NCBI GenBank assembly: GCA_003208875.1 | Contig: QCUR01000002.1 | Location: forward strand, 1-64,000 | DNA from: Prochlorococcus sp. AG-679-M23 | Lineage (GTDB): Bacteria; Cyanobacteriota; Cyanobacteriia; PCC-6307; Cyanobiaceae | Length of the DNA stretch: 64,000 nt | Direction of reading: 5' to 3' | Shown here: positions 1 to 11,661 of the stretch, piece by piece | How positions within the stretch are numbered: position 1 is the first letter of the stretch | Layout of the letters: every line of letters begins with the position of its first letter | Translations under genes and position numbers: made by a program | The notes under the pieces: generated by a model | Database searches by the model: none | Told to the model about the DNA's origin: nothing | Seen by the model: the letters and a program-made list of their open reading frames with translations, nothing else

Positions 1-40
1 AAGCCCACTCACGAGAATTATCAGATTCATTATTAGTCAT
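1..40 (-). CDS. ftsY: 5' end of a gene running off the window, probably signal recognition particle receptor FtsY
   Basis: ATG at 40 reads MTNNESDNSREWA. The identity rests on recalled nusB-ftsY synteny in Prochlorococcus; only 13 codons are visible. Confidence 0.6.
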   Translation of the reverse strand, partial: MTNNESDNSREWA

Positions 41-99
41 AAATATTTTTAAATCGTATTTATTTAAATTATAAAAAATTATTTATTTATATCAAATAA

Positions 100-726
100 T
101 TACTTCACCTTAACTGTTTGCAATCTCCTTAAAACCCCATTTATCATTTTTCTACCTTGTGTGTCACAATATTTATTTGCTAAATTTACAGCCTCATCAC
201 ATGCAACTGCAACAGGAGTATCTAAAAAATTAATATCAACATAAGCTAAGCGTAAAATGTCACGATCAACCCTAGGCAATCTTTTTAATCTCCATCCATC
301 CATTACTTGGTCAATTTCAAAATCTATAGATTTTAAGTTGTTAACTATACTTAAAATTCTATGATTTACATCATCTCTAATGTCATTTTGATTACTTGAT
401 ACAATCAATTTTGGAAAATCTAAAGTAACTGAAAGTGAGTTCATTACTGATTCCATTTTATAAAAAGCTTTTTTAAGTTCATCTCGAACATTTGCAAAAG
501 AAGAATTACTACCTTCCTTTAATTCACTATCTAAAATATGTTGCGATACATTTTCTAAATCCGCTTCACAATTATCTAACTCATCTCTACAGTGATTTAT
601 TAAAGAATCTAAAGCGGATTCAAAAATTTCATCAATTTGAATTTTATTTAATTCTAAATCTCCCGTATCTTTGATAAGACCTAATGAAAGTAAAGACAAT
701 TCACGTGATAGCGATCTGTTATACAT
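100..726 (-). CDS. nusB: Transcription antitermination factor NusB
   Basis: C-terminal WRLKRLPRVDRDILRLA...VAVACDEAVNLANKY...INGVLR NusB motifs; ATG at 726. Confidence 0.93.
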   Translation of the reverse strand: MYNRSLSRELSLLSLGLIKDTGDLELNKIQIDEIFESALDSLINHCRDELDNCEADLENVSQHILDSELKEGSNSSFANVRDELKKAFYKMESVMNSLSVTLDFPKLIVSSNQNDIRDDVNHRILSIVNNLKSIDFEIDQVMDGWRLKRLPRVDRDILRLAYVDINFLDTPVAVACDEAVNLANKYCDTQGRKMINGVLRRLQTVKVK

Positions 727-729
727 CAA

Positions 730-1467
730 TTACGTAGATGAAGTATTTGTAGAAGCTCTTAGTTGGGAAAATAATTTCGAAAAAGTAGGATTTGAAGAAC
801 TATCTTTTTCATCAGGATTAACTATACCAACAGAAATAATTGTTCTAAATGCATCTTCTACTGAAATAGCAAGATCTTTAACAGACGATTCAGGAACTAA
901 TGTATACCAACCTGTCGTTGGGTTAGGGGCAGTAGGTATAAAAACACTTAATAATTTCTCATCTAATTCTGATTGAAGTGATGGGCCAACATCCCCGGTT
1001 ACAAACCCAACACTAAATAAACCCTCTCGTGGATACTCTACTAAAACAACTCTTCTAAATCTATTAGATTTATTACTTAAAAAAGTTTCAAGTAATTGTT
1101 TTAGAGTTTTATAAACTGCCCCTGCGACTGGAATCTTTGATAAAGTACCTTCTCCAAATTCTAACAACCACCTTCCAACAAAATTTCTCGCCATCAAACC
1201 AATAAGCAAAATTGCCAATAAAGGTACTGTTAAGCCTAAGGTTAAATTAATTAAATCTTGTAATAAAGGATTTAATGTAATAAATGGATTTAATTGCTTA
1301 GGGACTGAAGTAACTAATGTAAGAACAAATTTACTAACAATAGAAGAAAGCCAAATAGTAGTTGCCAATGGAATAACAACTAACAACCCTGCTATCAGAT
1401 CATTTTTTAAATCTTGTTGGAGCCTAGTTCCTAGGTTCGAATCTTGACTTTGAGTAGATTCAACCAA
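730..1467 (-). CDS. DUF502 family membrane protein
   Basis: LIAGLLVVIPLATT TM segment, RVVLVEYPREG and VFIPTAPNPTTGW motifs. Confidence 0.88.
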   Translation of the reverse strand: MVESTQSQDSNLGTRLQQDLKNDLIAGLLVVIPLATTIWLSSIVSKFVLTLVTSVPKQLNPFITLNPLLQDLINLTLGLTVPLLAILLIGLMARNFVGRWLLEFGEGTLSKIPVAGAVYKTLKQLLETFLSNKSNRFRRVVLVEYPREGLFSVGFVTGDVGPSLQSELDEKLLSVFIPTAPNPTTGWYTLVPESSVKDLAISVEDAFRTIISVGIVNPDEKDSSSNPTFSKLFSQLRASTNTSST

Positions 1468-1614
1468 AATTACAGTTCCTAATTTTATTCATTTTACTAA
1501 CAATTTAGCTAGTTTTCCTTGATAGGGATATATTTATTTTTAATAAATTTAAATTATTTATTAGTTTATTAGTCTAAAAACACCATTTATTCGAATCTAA
1601 TTCATAATATAAAT

Positions 1615-2559
1615 ATGAGAGATATGATTCAAAATAAAAAAGAATTCAGTGATAAGCTAAAAAAAAGAGCAATAATTGAAGGTTTTGCCGTATCCAGAAT
1701 AGCATCAATACCAGGAAGTTCTCGACTCAAATTAAGAACTCAAGCATTAGAAAGATGGTTAGCAAATAATTATCATTCTGAAATGAAATGGATGGAAGCC
1801 GAAAGAAGAAAAAATATAGAATCTCTCTTAAATGATGCGAAAAGTGTTTTAACTGTAGGTTTTAATTATTTAAGTGAAGAACACAAAGAAAGAGAACAAT
1901 TCAAAATTGGAAAATTCGGCCAAGGGGAAGACTATCATAAACTTATTAATAAGAAGTTGAAAAAAATAGGTAAATGGATTAATACTGAAGTTCCAAATTG
2001 CAAGTGGAAAATTTGCGTTGACACATCTCCTCTTCTGGAAAAAGCATGGGCAGAAGAAGCAGGCCTTGGGTGGATAGGCAAAAATGGTAATCTTATTAAT
2101 AAAGACTTTGGTTCATGGCTAACCTTAGGTTTTTTGATTCTTTCAGAAGATTTTGCACCTGACAATTTATCCCAATCTCTCTGTGGGATATGTGACAAAT
2201 GTATTGAAAAATGTCCAACAAATGCAATAACAGAACCTTTTGTTATCAATTCTGAACTTTGTATTGCTTACCATACTATAGAAAATAGAAATGAAACTTT
2301 TCCAAAACATGTTGAAAAACATTTGAATGGATGGATTGCTGGTTGTGATATTTGCCAAGATGTATGTCCTTGGAATAAAGCAGTACCTTTCAATAAAAAC
2401 ATTGAAGCTTATCCAAAGTCATGGGTTAAAAATCTAAATATTGAATCATTAAATTGGGACGAAAAAAAATGGAAAAAAAATCTTCAAGGGTCTACATTAA
2501 AAAGAATAAAACCATGGATGTGGAAAAGAAATATAAAAGCAATGCTAAAGAATACATAA
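1615..2559 (+). CDS. queG: Epoxyqueuosine reductase QueG
   Basis: VDTSPLLEKAWAEEAGLGWIGKN, CxxCxxCxxxCP and GCDICQDVCPWN Fe-S motifs. Confidence 0.93.
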   Translation: MRDMIQNKKEFSDKLKKRAIIEGFAVSRIASIPGSSRLKLRTQALERWLANNYHSEMKWMEAERRKNIESLLNDAKSVLTVGFNYLSEEHKEREQFKIGKFGQGEDYHKLINKKLKKIGKWINTEVPNCKWKICVDTSPLLEKAWAEEAGLGWIGKNGNLINKDFGSWLTLGFLILSEDFAPDNLSQSLCGICDKCIEKCPTNAITEPFVINSELCIAYHTIENRNETFPKHVEKHLNGWIAGCDICQDVCPWNKAVPFNKNIEAYPKSWVKNLNIESLNWDEKKWKKNLQGSTLKRIKPWMWKRNIKAMLKNT

Positions 2560-2563
2560 AAAT

Positions 2564-3418
2564 ATGAAAAAGTCTCTTTTAAAAATATTATTTTTTTCAA
2601 TAATTGGTAGCCATGTTTTTATCGCTGAAAGTTTAAAAGCTTTAATACCTTATTATTACTTCCCAGAAACAAAAAGCTTACAAAAACAAGGCTTATCAAT
2701 TGGAAAAGAAGCTTATCAACTTCTATATTTTGGACAAATTAAAGATAGTCTCAATTTAGCAAAATTAGCTGTAAAAATGAATAATAAAAATGAAATCTTA
2801 TGGTCTGTTTTAGCTGAAACACAAATTGCCAACAAATTATATGATGATGCATTGATTTCTCTAAATAATGCTCAGAAAATAAACCCCAAAATGGGTGAAA
2901 TATATTTTGCAAAAAGTACTATATATTTAAAACAATCAAAAATTAAAAAAGCAAAAATTTCTTTACTTTCAGGAATTAAAATCCTCCCCAAAAACTTTAA
3001 AGCAATTTTTCAATTAGGAAATATATATTTAATGGAAAAAAATTATGAGAAAGCTATAGAAGAATTTGATAGAGCAATAAAAATTAAAAAAGATTTTTGG
3101 CAAGCAATTAACAACCAAGGCTTAGCATATTTTGAACTTAATAAAATTAATCTTTCTATTATCTCTTTTAAAAAGGCTATTAAACTTGAGGAAAATGCAG
3201 AACCACTATTAGCACTTGCTTCGTGTTTAAAAAATAAGGATATTAATAAAGCAATATTTTTAACAAAAAAAGCTTTAAAAAAAGACCCAAATTATGTTGA
3301 CTTTACTTATAGAAAAGAACAACTTTGGGGTGAAAAACTACAAATTTCTACTGAAGAACTTTTTGAGAATCCACAAATTGAAAAAGAAATATTAGTTGCA
3401 AAAACCAAAATTAAATAA
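2564..3418 (+). CDS. Tetratricopeptide repeat protein with possible N-terminal signal/anchor
   Basis: Repeated TPR-like helices (FQLGNIYLMEKNYEKAIEEFDRAIKI; AINNQGLAYFEL). Confidence 0.85.
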   Translation: MKKSLLKILFFSIIGSHVFIAESLKALIPYYYFPETKSLQKQGLSIGKEAYQLLYFGQIKDSLNLAKLAVKMNNKNEILWSVLAETQIANKLYDDALISLNNAQKINPKMGEIYFAKSTIYLKQSKIKKAKISLLSGIKILPKNFKAIFQLGNIYLMEKNYEKAIEEFDRAIKIKKDFWQAINNQGLAYFELNKINLSIISFKKAIKLEENAEPLLALASCLKNKDINKAIFLTKKALKKDPNYVDFTYRKEQLWGEKLQISTEELFENPQIEKEILVAKTKIK

Positions 3419-3505
3419 ATTTCCCCCATATTAATACTGGTAAATATTTATTTACCTATTAATCTTAATTTAGTTTATGAAAGCTTACTGTAAATTTCCT
3501 ATTAA

Positions 3506-5947
3506 ATGACTAAGGAAAAATTCACTTCCATATCGTTACAAGAAGAAATGCAACGTTCCTATTTGGAATACGCAATGAGCGTGATAATAGGACGTGCTTT
3601 ACCTGATGCGAGAGATGGCCTGAAACCAGTCCAGAGAAGAATTCTTTTCGCAATGCACGAATTAGGACTTACTCCAGATAGACCATTCAGAAAGTGTGCC
3701 AGAGTTGTTGGCGATGTACTAGGAAAATACCATCCTCATGGAGATCAAGCAGTATACGAAGCACTGGTTAGATTAGTTCAAGATTTTTCTACAAAATATC
3801 CAACTCTTGATGGTCATGGAAATTTTGGATCTGTTGATAATGACCCGCCAGCTGCAATGAGATATACCGAAACACGTTTAGCACCAATAGCTCACGAATG
3901 TTTCCTTCAAGAGATTGGATCTGAAACAGTAAGTTACTCAAATAATTTTGACGGTTCACAACAAGAACCAAACATATTACCGGCACAATTACCCTTTTTA
4001 TTATTAAATGGCTCTTCAGGAATCGCTGTTGGCATGGCAACCAATATCCCCCCGCACAATCTTGGTGAAATAGTTGATGGTTTAATTGCTCTAATAAACA
4101 ATAAAGAAATAAGCGACTTAAGGTTGTCGAAAATTATATTAGGACCTGATTTTCCAACAGGAGGAGAATTAATTTGCAATGATGCTATGAATGAAGTCTA
4201 CCAAAGGGGAAGAGGATCTATAACAGTAAGGGGAGTAATTAAAAATGAAGAAATTAATTTAGGGAAAGGAAAGCATAAAAGAAATGCGCTTATAATTTCG
4301 GAACTACCGTATCAAATAAGTAAAGCAGGATGGATTGAAAAGCTTGCAGAATTAGTAAATCTAGGAAAAATTGATGGTATATCTGATATAAGAGATGAAA
4401 GTGATAGAGAAGGGATGAGGATAGTTATTGAATTAAAAAAAGATTCAAATTCTGAAATTGTAATATCAAATTTATTCAAAAAAACAGCATTACAATCTAA
4501 TTTTGGTGCAATATTTTTAGCATTAGTTAAAGGTAAACCTGTTCAACTTACTTTAAGAAAGTATCTAAATTACTTTCTAGAATTTAGAGAAGAAATCATA
4601 AGAAAAAGAACGAATTATTATTTAAAAATTGCATCTGAAAAATTTGCAATATTAGAGGGGTTTTCAATAGCAACTAAAAATATAAAAAATATTATTGACG
4701 TGATTCAAAACTCAGAAAATGCAACTGAAGCTAAATCAATATTAATACTCAAACTTAAATTAAGTGAAAAACAAGCAGATGCGGTGTTGAGTATGCCTCT
4801 AAAAAAATTAACAACATTAGAAAGGAACCAAATAGAAATAGATATGAAAAAATTACTTGAGAAGAAAAAATATCTTAGTAATCTGTTAAATAACAGAAGC
4901 TTATTGCTTGAAACTTTAATTGAAGAACTAAAGCATCTAAAAAAGAAATTTAATGTAAAAAGAAAAACAAAAATTTTGAAGGATATTAATCAAGAAGAAG
5001 AAATAGATACTATAAATAATCAAATATTAGAAGGCCTGATAAACAAAGGAACAAAAATATCAATAGATAATAGATTTTATTTTAAAAAGATAATTTATAG
5101 TAATTATAAAAAATTATTAGATAATGAAAATAGATTTATAGATAATAAAAATGTTCAAAAGTTTATTTGTAAAATTTACAAAAGTTTGAAAATTATTGGA
5201 ATTACATCTTCAGGAAAAATTCTTAAAATCAATTGGAAATCAAACATTAATTCTGACTATAAATTGGATAAAAAAGTTTTAGGAAATATAGATCCAATAG
5301 AAATAATAAATTTTCATCATCTTGATAGCGACTTAAAAAATTATTTATGCATTTTGAGTTCTGATGGTAGGTTTAAAAAGGTTTTATTTGATGAAGATAT
5401 GAAAAAAAGTAATAGGATATTTTCAATAACCAAATTAAAAGAGTCTACAAATATTATTGATTCATTTATTTTCAGCAAAGAAAAACAATTAGTAATATTA
5501 ACTTCTATTGGTAGGCTTTTTAAATTTGATTTATCTAATAAATACTTAAACCCAAGTACAAAACAATCACTGGGAATATTATTGGTTAATCTTTTACCTA
5601 CAGAACAAATAGTTTCTTGCTGTAAAAGTAATGATAAAGAGATCCTTTATTTAGTTTCTAAAAGAGGTAAGTTTTTTAAACTGAAAATTGATGAGATTTA
5701 TAATTCTTATAATTCTAAATTAGGTTATGTAAATGAGAAAATTCAGCTTAATGATGACCATTTTATAAAAGTTTTTTCTAACAATGACTATATCGATATT
5801 GAGACAAATAAAAATAAATCTGCAAGATTAAACTTAAACGAATTCGATTATAATTCGAGCAAAAATATTCTGAAAATAGATTTTTTGAATCTTGAAAAAG
5901 ATGAATATCTTGAAAATTGTTATCGACTAGAAAATTATATCAATTAA
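3506..5947 (+). CDS. Type IIA topoisomerase subunit A (GyrA/ParC paralog, probably ParC-like)
   Basis: [24 protein letters not shown], catalytic AAMRYTE and [15 protein letters not shown]-terminal domain strongly divergent. Confidence 0.92.
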   Translation: MTKEKFTSISLQEEMQRSYLEYAMSVIIGRALPDARDGLKPVQRRILFAMHELGLTPDRPFRKCARVVGDVLGKYHPHGDQAVYEALVRLVQDFSTKYPTLDGHGNFGSVDNDPPAAMRYTETRLAPIAHECFLQEIGSETVSYSNNFDGSQQEPNILPAQLPFLLLNGSSGIAVGMATNIPPHNLGEIVDGLIALINNKEISDLRLSKIILGPDFPTGGELICNDAMNEVYQRGRGSITVRGVIKNEEINLGKGKHKRNALIISELPYQISKAGWIEKLAELVNLGKIDGISDIRDESDREGMRIVIELKKDSNSEIVISNLFKKTALQSNFGAIFLALVKGKPVQLTLRKYLNYFLEFREEIIRKRTNYYLKIASEKFAILEGFSIATKNIKNIIDVIQNSENATEAKSILILKLKLSEKQADAVLSMPLKKLTTLERNQIEIDMKKLLEKKKYLSNLLNNRSLLLETLIEELKHLKKKFNVKRKTKILKDINQEEEIDTINNQILEGLINKGTKISIDNRFYFKKIIYSNYKKLLDNENRFIDNKNVQKFICKIYKSLKIIGITSSGKILKINWKSNINSDYKLDKKVLGNIDPIEIINFHHLDSDLKNYLCILSSDGRFKKVLFDEDMKKSNRIFSITKLKESTNIIDSFIFSKEKQLVILTSIGRLFKFDLSNKYLNPSTKQSLGILLVNLLPTEQIVSCCKSNDKEILYLVSKRGKFFKLKIDEIYNSYNSKLGYVNEKIQLNDDHFIKVFSNNDYIDIETNKNKSARLNLNEFDYNSSKNILKIDFLNLEKDEYLENCYRLENYIN

Positions 5948-7405
5948 GAATTATATTCATTTTCAACCCATTTTAAATATTCTTGATTTACTGTCCCAGT
6001 AACATAAGAACCAGTAAAACAACTCATTTCTAATTCATGAATGGGAGAATCATTAATTATAGATTTTCTCAAGTTATCAACACTTTGATATACGAGATGA
6101 TCTATCTCAAGCTTTTCTGCTATTTCAATTATTGTTCTATCATGAGCAATTAATTCATCCCTATTAGGCATATTAATGCCATAAACATGAGGATATCTAA
6201 CTGGAGGTGCTGCTGAAGTAAAAAAGACTTTATTTGCGCCAGCATCTTTTGCCATTTGCACTATTTGTTTTGATGTGGTTCCTCTAACTATAGAGTCATC
6301 GACTATTAGTACATTTTTATTTTTAAATTCTGTGCTCATTGCATTCAACTTTTGCCTTACAGATTGTTTACGTTTTTGATGTCCAGGCATTATAAAAGTT
6401 CTTCCAACATATCTATTTTTAAAAAATCCTTCTCTATACTCTATACCCAACTGCCTAGCAACTTGCATTGCCGCAGGACGTGAAGAATCAGGAATAGGCA
6501 TTACCACATCGACATCACCAGGCTTTATTGTTTGCTTAATTGTTTCAGCTAAGTAATCACCCATTTTCAAACGTGCTTGATAAACTGAAATTCCGTTCAT
6601 GACAGAATCAGGTCTAGCTAAATATACATATTCAAAAGCACAAGGAAATAATTTTGGGTTTTCTGAGCATTGCTTTGAAAAGAATTCACCATTATGGGTT
6701 ATAAAAATTGCCTCTCCAGGCTCAACATCTCTAACCACTTGATAATCATTATTTTCTAATACTAGAGACTCACTAGCTACCATCCATTCTTCCTTTTGAG
6801 TAATAAGAGAAATTCTTTTTCCAAGTACTAAAGGTCTTATACCGAAAGGATCTCTAAAAGCTAATAAACCATGACCTGAAATTAGGGCAATTGAAGCATA
6901 TGAACCTTGAATTCTTTTATGTAAGTTTTTAACTGCATTAAAAATAATTTCTGGCTGTAGATCTTGATTATGGATCTGATCTTGTAATTCAGTTGCGAAT
7001 ATATTTAACAACATTTCAGTATCACTTGAAGAATTTGTATGACGTTTATCTACATTAAATAATTGTTTCTCTAGGTCTCTTGTATTAGTAAGATTTCCAT
7101 TATGAATCAAAACTATTCCATAAGGAGCATTGACATAAAAAGGTTGAGCTTCTTCAACACTTTCTGCTGAACCTTTAGTTGCGTACCTAACATGACCTAA
7201 ACCAATTTTTCCTATTAAATTCCTCATATCTCTTGTTCTATAAGCTGTATTTACTTGTCCCTTAGCTTTGTGTATATGAAAAAACAGTATTTTCCATTGT
7301 AGCTATCCCAGTAGAATCCTGACCTCTATGCTGAAGTAATAAAAGACTGTCATAAATTTGTTGATTTACATCATCACAGGAAACGATTCCAACAATTCCG
7401 CACAT
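5944..7405 (-). pseudogene. purF: Amidophosphoribosyltransferase PurF with a 1-bp frameshift (T6 run at 7279-7284); may be a sequencing error
   Basis: ATG at 7405 gives MCGIVG...LQHRGQD, which stops at 7264-7262. The remainder (GHVRYAT, HNGN, LIVDDSIVRGTT) is in another frame. The total span of 1462 bp is 3n+1. Confidence 0.9.
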
Positions 7406-7448
7406 AATTAATTTCCGAAATTTGTAGATAATTCAATATATTTATACA

Positions 7449-9791
7449 TTATTCGAAATTATTAGAAATACTATTATTAAATTTTTCGGTTAATTCATCA
7501 ACCCTTAAATTGCATAGTGTTTGGCCTTTAAAAGTTATTTCAAGATTTTGTTCAGAAACAAATCCAATTTTTTTAACGTATACGTTTCGTCCAAAATCTT
7601 TGCTCTTAGTTTCAAGAAAATTCAAAAAGTTTTGTTCTTCTTTTTTATTGAGTGAAAATACTATTCTTGACCCTCCCTCGCTAAACAATAAATTATCTAA
7701 ACGAGCATTTTTTTCTTCTAATTGAATATAAGCTCCCTTAGAAGACAAAATACAACATTCTGATAGAGCGACGGCTAAACCTCCATCACTAACATCATGA
7801 GACGAAGCAATAAATTTTTTTGAAATTGAATCCCTTAAAAAACTCTGACAGTATTTTTCGTCTTGCAGATCAATTTCAGGAGGTCTTCCTGTTACTAAAT
7901 CATGAAAATACTCTAAATAAGAACTTGCAGCTATTGATGATTCAGAAGCATTTGAACCAATTATCCAAATTTGATCATTTAAATTCTTCCATTCTGAACT
8001 TATAGCTTTATTTACATTTTTAATAGTTCCTACCATGCCAATAACAGGAGTAGGATTTATAGGAGTTACTTGATTATTGTTATTTTTTGATTCGTTATAT
8101 AAAGAAACGTTTCCTCCTGTAACAGGAGTCTCTAAAGCAATACAAGCCTCCGAAATCCCATCGCATGCTGATGAAAGTTGCCAATATCCTATTTCAGTTT
8201 CAGGTGATGAAAAGTTTAAATTATTTGTTATTGCTATTGGTTCAGCACCAACACAACTTACATTTCTTGCAGATTCTGCAACTGCTGCAATGCTTCCTCT
8301 GTATGGATCTAATAAAACCCATCTACTATTACAATCTACAGAAGCAGCAACACCAGAAAATTCATAATTTTTATTTTTTTCATCCTGGCTTCTAAGTCTT
8401 ATTAAAGCTGCATCTGCCTCTCCAGGCTTAAACACAGTATTTGATTGTACTTGATAATCATATTGTCGATACACCCAACTTTTAGAAGCAATTGAAGGAT
8501 TAGATAAAAGTTTTAAAATAATTTCTGAAAGAGAATAAATTTTTTGGTCTTTTAAAGAGTAAATTTTATTTTCGGTGATAACTGGCAATTTATCTTCTGA
8601 CCAATCCCATTTCTTTAATAAATAATTAGGAGGCTCCTTAATAATATTATGAATATTAATTGGTGTTTCATCAGATAAAGCAGAAGTAGGAATTTGAGCA
8701 ACTATTTGATTATTTTGAGAGATAATAACTTCTCTTTTAGATATTACTTCACCAATAACATTTGCGAAGAGTCCCCACTTTTTAAATTGATTAATGAGAG
8801 TATCTAACTTATCTTCTTTAACAACCATTAACATTCTCTCTTGAGATTCAGATAACAAATATTGGTAAGCAGTCATATTATTTTCTCTTGCAGGAACTAG
8901 ATCTAAGTTAATTGAAATACCTAAACTCCCATTTGCAGCCATTTCAGCACTACTACATGTTAATCCCGCAGCTCCCATATCTTGGGCAGCAAGTACATCA
9001 CCTGTTTTAAAAGCATCTAGACAAGCTTCAATAAGACTTTTTTCAATAAATGGATCACCAACTTGTACTGCCGGTCTATTATCCAAAGAATTAATAGTTA
9101 ATTCCGAACTAGCAAAACTTGCGCCTCCAACTCCATCCTTTCCTGTGGTATTTCCTACATATAAAACAGGGGAACCTACTTCTTTGGCTCCTGAACAAAC
9201 AATTTCATCAGTTTCTAATAAACCTAAAGCCATAACATTAACTAAAGGATTTCCAGAATAACTATCATCAAAATCTATTTCTCCGCCAACAGTAGGAACA
9301 CCAACACAATTACCGTAATGTGATATCCCCGCAACTACTCCTCGAAGTAAAGAAATATTAGATAATTTATCAAGATTACCAAATCTTAAAGAATTTAAAA
9401 CTGCAATAGGTCTTGCACCCATAGTAAAAATGTCTCTTAATATGCCACCTACACCTGTTGCAGCTCCTTGGAAAGGTTCAATTGCTGAAGGATGATTGTG
9501 ACTTTCAATTTTGAAAACAAGTTTCTGATCATTTCCTACGTCAATAACACCTGCGTTCTCTCCTGGACCAACTAATACATTTTTGCCAGTAGTAGGGAAA
9601 TTAGCCAATAAGGGTTTTGAATTTCTATAACAACAATGCTCAGACCACATTACTCCAAACATTCCCAATTCTGTTCTATTAGGTTTTCTTCCTAATCTCT
9701 TACATATCTCTTCGTAATCGTCACAAGTTAAGTTTTCAACTTTAAGTGATTCATTGATATCATAGGTATCGTTATTTAAAGAATCTATCAT
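7449..9791 (-). CDS. purL: Phosphoribosylformylglycinamidine synthase subunit PurL
   Basis: [36 protein letters not shown] and LLSESQERM motifs. Confidence 0.97.
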   Translation of the reverse strand: MIDSLNNDTYDINESLKVENLTCDDYEEICKRLGRKPNRTELGMFGVMWSEHCCYRNSKPLLANFPTTGKNVLVGPGENAGVIDVGNDQKLVFKIESHNHPSAIEPFQGAATGVGGILRDIFTMGARPIAVLNSLRFGNLDKLSNISLLRGVVAGISHYGNCVGVPTVGGEIDFDDSYSGNPLVNVMALGLLETDEIVCSGAKEVGSPVLYVGNTTGKDGVGGASFASSELTINSLDNRPAVQVGDPFIEKSLIEACLDAFKTGDVLAAQDMGAAGLTCSSAEMAANGSLGISINLDLVPARENNMTAYQYLLSESQERMLMVVKEDKLDTLINQFKKWGLFANVIGEVISKREVIISQNNQIVAQIPTSALSDETPINIHNIIKEPPNYLLKKWDWSEDKLPVITENKIYSLKDQKIYSLSEIILKLLSNPSIASKSWVYRQYDYQVQSNTVFKPGEADAALIRLRSQDEKNKNYEFSGVAASVDCNSRWVLLDPYRGSIAAVAESARNVSCVGAEPIAITNNLNFSSPETEIGYWQLSSACDGISEACIALETPVTGGNVSLYNESKNNNNQVTPINPTPVIGMVGTIKNVNKAISSEWKNLNDQIWIIGSNASESSIAASSYLEYFHDLVTGRPPEIDLQDEKYCQSFLRDSISKKFIASSHDVSDGGLAVALSECCILSSKGAYIQLEEKNARLDNLLFSEGGSRIVFSLNKKEEQNFLNFLETKSKDFGRNVYVKKIGFVSEQNLEITFKGQTLCNLRVDELTEKFNNSISNNFE

Positions 9792-9794
9792 TAG

Positions 9795-10502
9795 TCAAAT
9801 CCAAGGGTCATCTTCTCTTTTATTCCTGAAAGATCTTACTTTTTCTTCCTCATTATAAAAAATATTCCGATCAAATTCTAATTTTTGGTTTATATCTTCA
9901 TCTTCTTCAAGCCAATCTTCTAATCTATTTGTTGCAGTATTTTTCATATCATCAAAACGATCGATTATTTTCTTTCCTTTTTTAAAAAATTCATACTTGA
10001 TACTTGATTTTATTAAAGGAAGATCATCTAAAGAAACGCAAGAACAAAAAACTAAACCGGGTTGTTGATCAACAATATTGTCTATATTTAATTTCCATCT
10101 ACTTGAGCCTGGAATCCTTGGGTTAGAGCGAGAAATTAAATAAAACTTTATATTGCCAGTTTTCATTTCGAATAAAAAATCTGCTATAACTCCTATCTTT
10201 GAACCTTCTGAATTAATTAAACTAGCTTCTATTAAGTTAGGAAATCTATTTAATGTAGCTAGGTCTGAAATTGCAGGATCACCTTTTACAAAAATATCAT
10301 TATCTATTATTTGACTAATTTGATTTAATTTCCATACATTTCTTTTTAGATCCAAGTTCGAGGGACGAGAATACCAACCTAAAATTCTATGAACAGGTGG
10401 ATGCATCCAAACATTTTCACCATTTCCATAATTTAAAGTAACATTACCTTTTACGTTATGTCTTAATAATTCACTTAGTAAAAATTCTTTTGGTAATTTC
10501 AA
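9795..10502 (-). CDS. Conserved cyanobacterial protein, PRC-barrel-like
   Basis: VWMHPPVHRILGW and GSKIGVIADFLFEMKTGNI (PRC-barrel-like G-x-I-x-D pattern); lies between dnaN and purL. Confidence 0.7.
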   Translation of the reverse strand: MKLPKEFLLSELLRHNVKGNVTLNYGNGENVWMHPPVHRILGWYSRPSNLDLKRNVWKLNQISQIIDNDIFVKGDPAISDLATLNRFPNLIEASLINSEGSKIGVIADFLFEMKTGNIKFYLISRSNPRIPGSSRWKLNIDNIVDQQPGLVFCSCVSLDDLPLIKSSIKYEFFKKGKKIIDRFDDMKNTATNRLEDWLEEDEDINQKLEFDRNIFYNEEEKVRSFRNKREDDPWI

Positions 10503-10503
10503 C

Positions 10504-11661
10504 TTAAGAACGGACTTGAACAGGCATGACTAGATAAGTAAAAGAATTAATATTATCATCTGGAACTAAAACAGCTGGAGTAGTGGGAAGATTACATTTA
10601 AAAATTACATTTTCACTTGATATAACTTTTAAACCTTCTAATAAATACCTTACATTAAAAGCTATATCAAATTGATCGAAATCAAAAGATACAGGAACTA
10701 ATTCACTAGCGTTTCCTATATCTTGAGCATCCGCACTGACCAAGGCCAAATCCTTTTCATTTAATTTGATCTTCACAACACTACTTTGTTGATCGGCTAA
10801 GACTGCTATTCTTTCAAGTGATTCGATTATTTTTTTTGTATTAAATGTAAAAAGTTTCGTAAAATTATCAGGTATTAATTGAGAATAATTTGGATAAGAA
10901 CCTTCGAGGGTTCTGGTAGTAATTATTTGATTAGAAGAAATAAATACTACTTGACCTTTATCATAAAAAAGTTTAATTGAATTTTCAGAACTTCTAAGAC
11001 TAACAAGCTTTTCAATTTCTCTTAAAGATCTTGTTGGTATAGTAACTGATAAGTTTTCTTCATTAGAAATCAAATCATCTTTAACATCAAAATTTTCTTT
11101 ATTATTAACCAAGACAACAGCCAATCTATGCCCATCTGTTGCAGCTGACTCCAAATATTTTAAATTAAATGTAAAATTCACTCCTGTGAGTAATTGCTTT
11201 GAATCATCACTACTACTAGCGAATATAGTTAATTTTAAAGCTTTTAAAAAGGAACTTGGATCGATATTCAAAGATGTACCACTCTCTACAAAAGGTAAGC
11301 TTGGGTAATCGTCTGAGGGAATACCTTTAATATTAAAAGAACCCCTATCACTTTTGATTAAAATATTATCAGAACTCTCATCGACACGAAGAGAAATAGG
11401 GGTTTCACTTGGTAATTTATTAACTATTTCAGATAAAAGTTTGGATGGTACAGTAATTGCTCCACTTTTGTTTACTGTCGCATCAAATGAAGTTTGTATT
11501 CCTAAATTCAAATCAAATCCAGTTAAACTAATTTTATTAGTACCTTGATCAGCTGTTAGAAGTAAATTTGCAAGGATTGGATGCGTAGGTCTTGAAGCAA
11601 CTGCTTTACTAACTAATTGAATAGCATAATTAAATTCATTTTGATTACAAACAATCTCCAT
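10504..11661 (-). CDS. dnaN: DNA polymerase III beta sliding clamp
   Basis: SRPTHPILAN, ATDGHRLA, LEGSYPNY, IAFNVRYLLE and YLVMPVQ motifs. Confidence 0.98.
   Translation of the reverse strand: MEIVCNQNEFNYAIQLVSKAVASRPTHPILANLLLTADQGTNKISLTGFDLNLGIQTSFDATVNKSGAITVPSKLLSEIVNKLPSETPISLRVDESSDNILIKSDRGSFNIKGIPSDDYPSLPFVESGTSLNIDPSSFLKALKLTIFASSSDDSKQLLTGVNFTFNLKYLESAATDGHRLAVVLVNNKENFDVKDDLISNEENLSVTIPTRSLREIEKLVSLRSSENSIKLFYDKGQVVFISSNQIITTRTLEGSYPNYSQLIPDNFTKLFTFNTKKIIESLERIAVLADQQSSVVKIKLNEKDLALVSADAQDIGNASELVPVSFDFDQFDIAFNVRYLLEGLKVISSENVIFKCNLPTTPAVLVPDDNINSFTYLVMPVQVRS

Noticed and set aside
5944..7227. 427-aa PurF ORF as given by the track
   Set aside because: It lacks the essential MCG N-terminus, which is present upstream in another frame; the true start is 7405.
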